Position numbers and translations under genes: made by a program. Of a DNA stretch of 57,719 nucleotides, positions 53,553 through 57,719 are shown in pieces. Where the stretch lies: IMG/VR virus record IMGVR_UViG_3300030389_002117, positions 1 to 57,719 of that record. The stretch is one strand, 5' to 3'. Each line of letters begins with the position of its first letter. The first letter of the stretch is position 1. This DNA comes from a virus. Lineage: Duplodnaviria; Caudoviricetes. The notes under the pieces are model-generated. The model had not been told where the DNA came from, ran no database searches, and was given only the letters and a program-made list of their open reading frames with translations.

Positions 53553-53872
53553 TGGCAAACACATTTGTAAACGCAAAAGTAGATTTAACATCCACAAGTG
53601 TAACAACTTTATATACTTGTGCTGCGAGCACTACTGCTATCGTTAAATCTATACTTGTTTCAGAAGACTCAGGCAATGCAGATACAATAACAGTTACCTT
53701 AACAAGCGACTCGAACGTGTTTAGTCTGTTTAAAACTAAATCTGTGAGTGCAAACGGCACAGTTGAATTGCTATCTGCTCCTTTAGTTGTACAAGCAACT
53801 GAAATATTAAAAGTTACAGCCGCTTCAGCTAACAGGCTACATGTTGTTGCGAGTATATTGGAGCTGACATGA
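53552..53872 (+). CDS. Small beta protein similar to 45520-45894
   Basis: Start moved to 53552 (MANTFVNA). TLYTC..TAIVKSILV and LHVVASILE motifs. Confidence 0.7.
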   Translation: MANTFVNAKVDLTSTSVTTLYTCAASTTAIVKSILVSEDSGNADTITVTLTSDSNVFSLFKTKSVSANGTVELLSAPLVVQATEILKVTAASANRLHVVASILELT

Positions 53873-54354
53873 CCCAGTTAATCGACAGTAAAAAACAAAA
53901 GTTAACGCTAAACCAAGTTATTCTTTTATCTTTGTCTAATTTAAGTAGTATAGGGGCATTAGAAACAGACATTAAAACAGCGAGCGATAGACTAATAGGG
54001 ATGCTTTCTAATAAAGAAATAAAAGGTATGCAAATAGGAAATACTTTATTTGTAATGGGTAAAGACGAGGGTAAAAATAATAAAAAGATGCAAGGTGAAG
54101 TTTATAACGCAGATGCAAGAATAAATTTTATGGATAATCTTGTTAAACACATGGCATATCTACAGGAAATGGGTGTGACTGATTATAGACTAGAGATAAA
54201 AAATAATAGATTAATTAGGGCGTACAAAGCTTTAAATAGTCGTCTTAAAAAATTTGGCACTCGATCAGCTGTGATGCCAGTTGAAGGTTTAAATAATCTT
54301 TTAGTAAAGTTTGGTAAAAAACCCATAAAGGTAGAAGATGGCAAACGTAGGTAA
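53869..54354 (+). CDS. Hypothetical protein between tail and ejection genes
   Basis: GGAG SD, ATGA overlap, 161 aa. Confidence 0.65.
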   Translation: MTQLIDSKKQKLTLNQVILLSLSNLSSIGALETDIKTASDRLIGMLSNKEIKGMQIGNTLFVMGKDEGKNNKKMQGEVYNADARINFMDNLVKHMAYLQEMGVTDYRLEIKNNRLIRAYKALNSRLKKFGTRSAVMPVEGLNNLLVKFGKKPIKVEDGKRR

Positions 54355-57300
54355 ATTTACAAAAGCAGACCCAGAATATTTTTTAATTACCGAATATGGG
54401 TATGAGTTAGGTGATGATGGCGGAATAGTTGACCCGACCACCGGGGCTGTTTTTGGAGAAAAAGCTTTAGACGCCGCACTTGGTACCACACCCGCAACCA
54501 CTGTTGAAGATTTACAAGATGCTGTTGAAGAGCCTTACGCTCCTGAGTTGTATGAAAAACCTGATCCGGGCACTGGAAATATTTATTATTACTATAAAGA
54601 TGAATTTGGTGATGAGATAGACACCGGAACTAGAGATATAGATAGGGCAACTCAGTCTATGAATTCTTACGAAAACGTTGTTAATAATAATTTAACTCCT
54701 GTTATTAATTCAGAAGTATATAAAGAGTTAGCTAAAACAGATGACACTTATAAAATATCTGAGGACGGTGCTGTATTTAAAGATACAGGCAATACATGGA
54801 GTCAAGTATATCTTGGAAAGAATGCATCTGGAATTCCTACAGTAAATTTTGTTGACACGGGTAAAACAAAAATAGACCAAGCTGAAATTTGGGAAATAGG
54901 AGCAGAGGGAGCAAGAAATGAAGGTCTTGGGGGGTTAATAAACACAATTATTGGTAATCCAATTATTAGAGCAGGACTATCATTTATAGCTCCCGGAGCA
55001 ACACCTTTTTTACAAGCCGCATCGGCAGCACAAAATGTTTACAACGGACAAAATGCTTTCGCTGCTGCCGCTGGTCTAGGTCTTTTTGATGGACCTGCTC
55101 AAGTTATATCAGATAAACTATCAGACGCCGTTGGTAGCACAGCTGCGAATACAGTCGTGCAGTCAGGAGTTGATCTTTTAATAAGTGGGGGCGATATTGG
55201 AACTGTGGCACTAGGAGCAGCATACGACCAAGTGGGTGCTCCTGTAACAAAAAATATAGTGACAGATGCTTTGGGTTTATTAGGCATAGATTCTGGTAGT
55301 GCAGCAGGTCAAAATATAATAAATTCTTTTAATACTGGGATTAAAACAGAACTCCTTGGAGGAGATGGATTAACCACTGCAGCTGTCGCAGCGATAAATA
55401 CCGCAGCGGCACAAAACGCTGCAGCGGCGGCGGGAGGTGATGATGTGGCGGGCACAGATGAACTCCCTAAAATAAGTGAGACAGACCAAGTATTAGTTGA
55501 TATGTTAGGTTATACAATCAACCCTGACGGAACCGTATCTCCCCCAACAAACGTTGGATCAACAGGTGCAATGGGTCCTCCTCCCTCAGGTAAAGTTGAG
55601 TTTACAGGTGGTGCTCCATTTCCACCATCAACAGGAGGAGCGGATGGTACTATAACGGGAACTCCAATAATAAGTCCTGAAGGTAGCCCTGTGTTTGGAC
55701 CTAGCGGGTTAGCATCAGCTGAATCTCAAGACGTGTATGCAGGAGCTTTTGGAAATCAATCAACGGACACATTACCACCAGCAGGTGATGCTCAACCGTT
55801 GGGAGCTGCCGCTGCTAGTGATTTACCACCAGAACCGTCGCAAGAGAGTAAGAATTTAGTTAATAAAATATTGCAGGAAGAAACAGATTTTAACCAACCA
55901 GGTAACGTGATTTCAGGAGGGGAGGGAATGTTCCCTGAGAACCTTGGCGGGGCTCTACCTTCTGTCAGTGATACTTTAACTGATTCAAGTAAAAAGTTAT
56001 TTGCACACGTTGTAGATAAAACAGGTGTAACCAATACTGAACAGCTTGCAGAAGTTGCCCGCATTTTTCTTTCAGGCGGTTTCCAAGATGCTTCATCAGT
56101 AATAAATGCTAGCAATAGTCTTCTTGATAAATTTATAGATAATTTTGTAACAGATGATGAAGGTATAATAAAAAATAATTTAAAACTTCTTGATGCTGAA
56201 AAATGGCTTATAGATAACGCAGTAGAAATAAAATCAAATGTATCCCCTGAAACATTAGTAGCTATGGATAATGCACAACCTGCTCCAGGACAAAGTTTGA
56301 AGGACGTATTATCAGGTAATGCGATAACTAAAGATGGAAAACCTTTTGGGACGGATAAGTTTGCTACTTTTTTAAACGGCGTAGAGGAGTCTGGGGACAT
56401 ACTTGTTGACACGGCTATAATTGGTATAGCTAAGCTAGTGCGGTCTCCAGGCGCATTAGCTGTGGGCACGGGTGTTTCTGCTGGGCTGTCTTTTCTTGAG
56501 GGGTATGGAGCCACTTCACAACAAATAGAAGCTGAATTAAAAAATGCGTATAAGAATAATGAAGAGTTTCAAAATGTTCCTGAATTTAAAGCTTTAGTCG
56601 ATAAATATGGTTTAGATATAGCCGCAAAAAGTTTTGCTGATAAGGCTTCTACATATTTAGTAACTGGAGGGTTATCAGAATCAGCAACTGATACAGCAGC
56701 AGCCGTAATGACTAGTAAGGCGGCTAATAAAATAGTAACTACTATAGCATCTAATATGATTGCTGAAGGTGTTGGAGAGGCGCTTTCAGATGCAAATGCT
56801 ACAGCGGCTCTTAGATCATTAGGTTTTGAAATTGAAGGTTCTGAAATAGGTACAGCTGTTGTGAGAGGAGTAACAACAGGTGGAGTCGCATCAACAGCCA
56901 CTACAGCAGTCACTTCAACAAGTAACATACTTGCAAATTTATATAATAGAGGTTTTCTTACAGACTACCCTGGTGCTAAACAACATATGGAAAAAAATTA
57001 CCCTGATTTAATAAATACGGGGGTATATGTTGGGCAACCTGCTCTAGGTCCTGAGGCTACAACAGGTCCTCTACCACCGCCGCCGGGAGGTACAGGCACT
57101 TCACCTGTGACAGGGGGACCGGGTACAGGTGCTCCTACAAGTATCACAGAAATTTCAGGGTTAGTACCACCATTAGGAGGGACGGGCACGATACCTGCAA
57201 TAGGAGGACCGGGTACAGGTGCTCCTGCTACTACTACAGGCACTACTACAGGTGCTCCAGGCGGTGTTTCATTTTCTCAAAGTTCATCCTTTCCTTTACT

Positions 57301-57719
57301 CGGTGGTGCAACTAGCACTCCTGTTACTGTTACTGGTACTGGTACTGGTACAAATCTCGTTACAGGCACCACTCCCACAATAAGCCCAACAGACCAAGTG
57401 CTTATTGACTTGTTAGGTTACGAAATTGGTCCTGATGGAACCGTAAGACCGCCAGCGCCAGCTGCTAAAACTGGAATAAGTGAAACCGATCAGGTTTTAA
57501 TTGATTTATTAGGCTATAAAATTGGGTCTGATGGGAAAGTTTATGCTCCTGGGACTCAACCAGCAGGTGTGACTCTTGTGGATGCTCCTCCTCCTGCTGG
57601 TGCTACAGGTACTACAGATATTACTACGGGCACTATTACAGGTCCTCCTGCTGGTGCTACAGGTACTACAGATATTACTACGGGCACTATTACAGGTCCT
57701 CCTGCTGGTGCTACAGGTA
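54338..57719 (+). CDS. N-terminal 1127 codons of a large putative ejection protein continuing at 1-713 (not in ORF track)
   Basis: ATG 54338 (MANVGKFTKADPEY...). I found no in-frame stop up to the window end, which explains its absence from the track. Gly/Ala hydrophobic segments, then Pro/Gly/Thr low complexity. Confidence 0.85.
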   Translation, partial: MANVGKFTKADPEYFLITEYGYELGDDGGIVDPTTGAVFGEKALDAALGTTPATTVEDLQDAVEEPYAPELYEKPDPGTGNIYYYYKDEFGDEIDTGTRDIDRATQSMNSYENVVNNNLTPVINSEVYKELAKTDDTYKISEDGAVFKDTGNTWSQVYLGKNASGIPTVNFVDTGKTKIDQAEIWEIGAEGARNEGLGGLINTIIGNPIIRAGLSFIAPGATPFLQAASAAQNVYNGQNAFAAAAGLGLFDGPAQVISDKLSDAVGSTAANTVVQSGVDLLISGGDIGTVALGAAYDQVGAPVTKNIVTDALGLLGIDSGSAAGQNIINSFNTGIKTELLGGDGLTTAAVAAINTAAAQNAAAAAGGDDVAGTDELPKISETDQVLVDMLGYTINPDGTVSPPTNVGSTGAMGPPPSGKVEFTGGAPFPPSTGGADGTITGTPIISPEGSPVFGPSGLASAESQDVYAGAFGNQSTDTLPPAGDAQPLGAAAASDLPPEPSQESKNLVNKILQEETDFNQPGNVISGGEGMFPENLGGALPSVSDTLTDSSKKLFAHVVDKTGVTNTEQLAEVARIFLSGGFQDASSVINASNSLLDKFIDNFVTDDEGIIKNNLKLLDAEKWLIDNAVEIKSNVSPETLVAMDNAQPAPGQSLKDVLSGNAITKDGKPFGTDKFATFLNGVEESGDILVDTAIIGIAKLVRSPGALAVGTGVSAGLSFLEGYGATSQQIEAELKNAYKNNEEFQNVPEFKALVDKYGLDIAAKSFADKASTYLVTGGLSESATDTAAAVMTSKAANKIVTTIASNMIAEGVGEALSDANATAALRSLGFEIEGSEIGTAVVRGVTTGGVASTATTAVTSTSNILANLYNRGFLTDYPGAKQHMEKNYPDLINTGVYVGQPALGPEATTGPLPPPPGGTGTSPVTGGPGTGAPTSITEISGLVPPLGGTGTIPAIGGPGTGAPATTTGTTTGAPGGVSFSQSSSFPLLGGATSTPVTVTGTGTGTNLVTGTTPTISPTDQVLIDLLGYEIGPDGTVRPPAPAAKTGISETDQVLIDLLGYKIGSDGKVYAPGTQPAGVTLVDAPPPAGATGTTDITTGTITGPPAGATGTTDITTGTITGPPAGATG
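57590..57719 (+). repeat. 54-bp tandem repeat (2.4 copies) encoding PPAGATGTTDITTGTITG
   Basis: Identical units at 57590-57643 and 57644-57697, partial unit at 57698-57719. Confidence 0.95.

Noticed and set aside
1-57719. tRNA/rRNA genes, integrase, phage RNA polymerase, stop-codon recoding, assignment to a named phage group or host
   Set aside because: None recognised by eye, and genes tile well with the standard code. Taxonomy and host need database comparison (TerL/MCP/PolA trees, vConTACT-type clustering), and tRNAscan-SE should confirm the absence of tRNAs.

Overview
The window looks like a complete, circularly permuted genome (57.7 kb, AT-rich) of a tailed dsDNA phage with podovirus-like architecture and no tape-measure or sheath gene. 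It has two arms. The minus-strand arm (28518 to 9715) carries early and replication genes: TraR-like Zn finger, DUF3150-like protein, MoxR-type AAA ATPase, HExxH/vWA protein, VRR-NUC, cell-wall hydrolase, PolA, Cas4/RecB-like nuclease, SNF2 helicase, SSB and primase-DUF927 helicase. The plus-strand arm (28912, through the window end, to 9649) carries TerS, TerL, portal, GroES, scaffold, MCP, small basic proteins, neck/tail, beta-propeller tip proteins, lysis genes and ejection proteins. The arms diverge at about 28.5-28.9 kb and converge on a UUCG terminator at 9654-9673. The two window ends join in frame inside a ~1364-aa Thr-rich gene absent from the ORF track. Highlights: (i) a cluster of Lys/Arg-rich micro-proteins that share a (M/F/Y)xxGG motif with ejection proteins, including an unannotated peptide whose first 7 residues equal the MCP N-terminus, suggesting a capsid cargo-addressing/maturation system; (ii) a GGGTAACnnGTTACCC palindrome built into repeated gene-leader cassettes, with its half-site forming inverted iteron arrays at a candidate origin; (iii) a terminator/promoter/SD-sequestering leader after the MCP and other candidate structured RNAs. 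Protein family names come from motif recognition only. No database search was run, and host and taxonomy cannot be established from the sequence.
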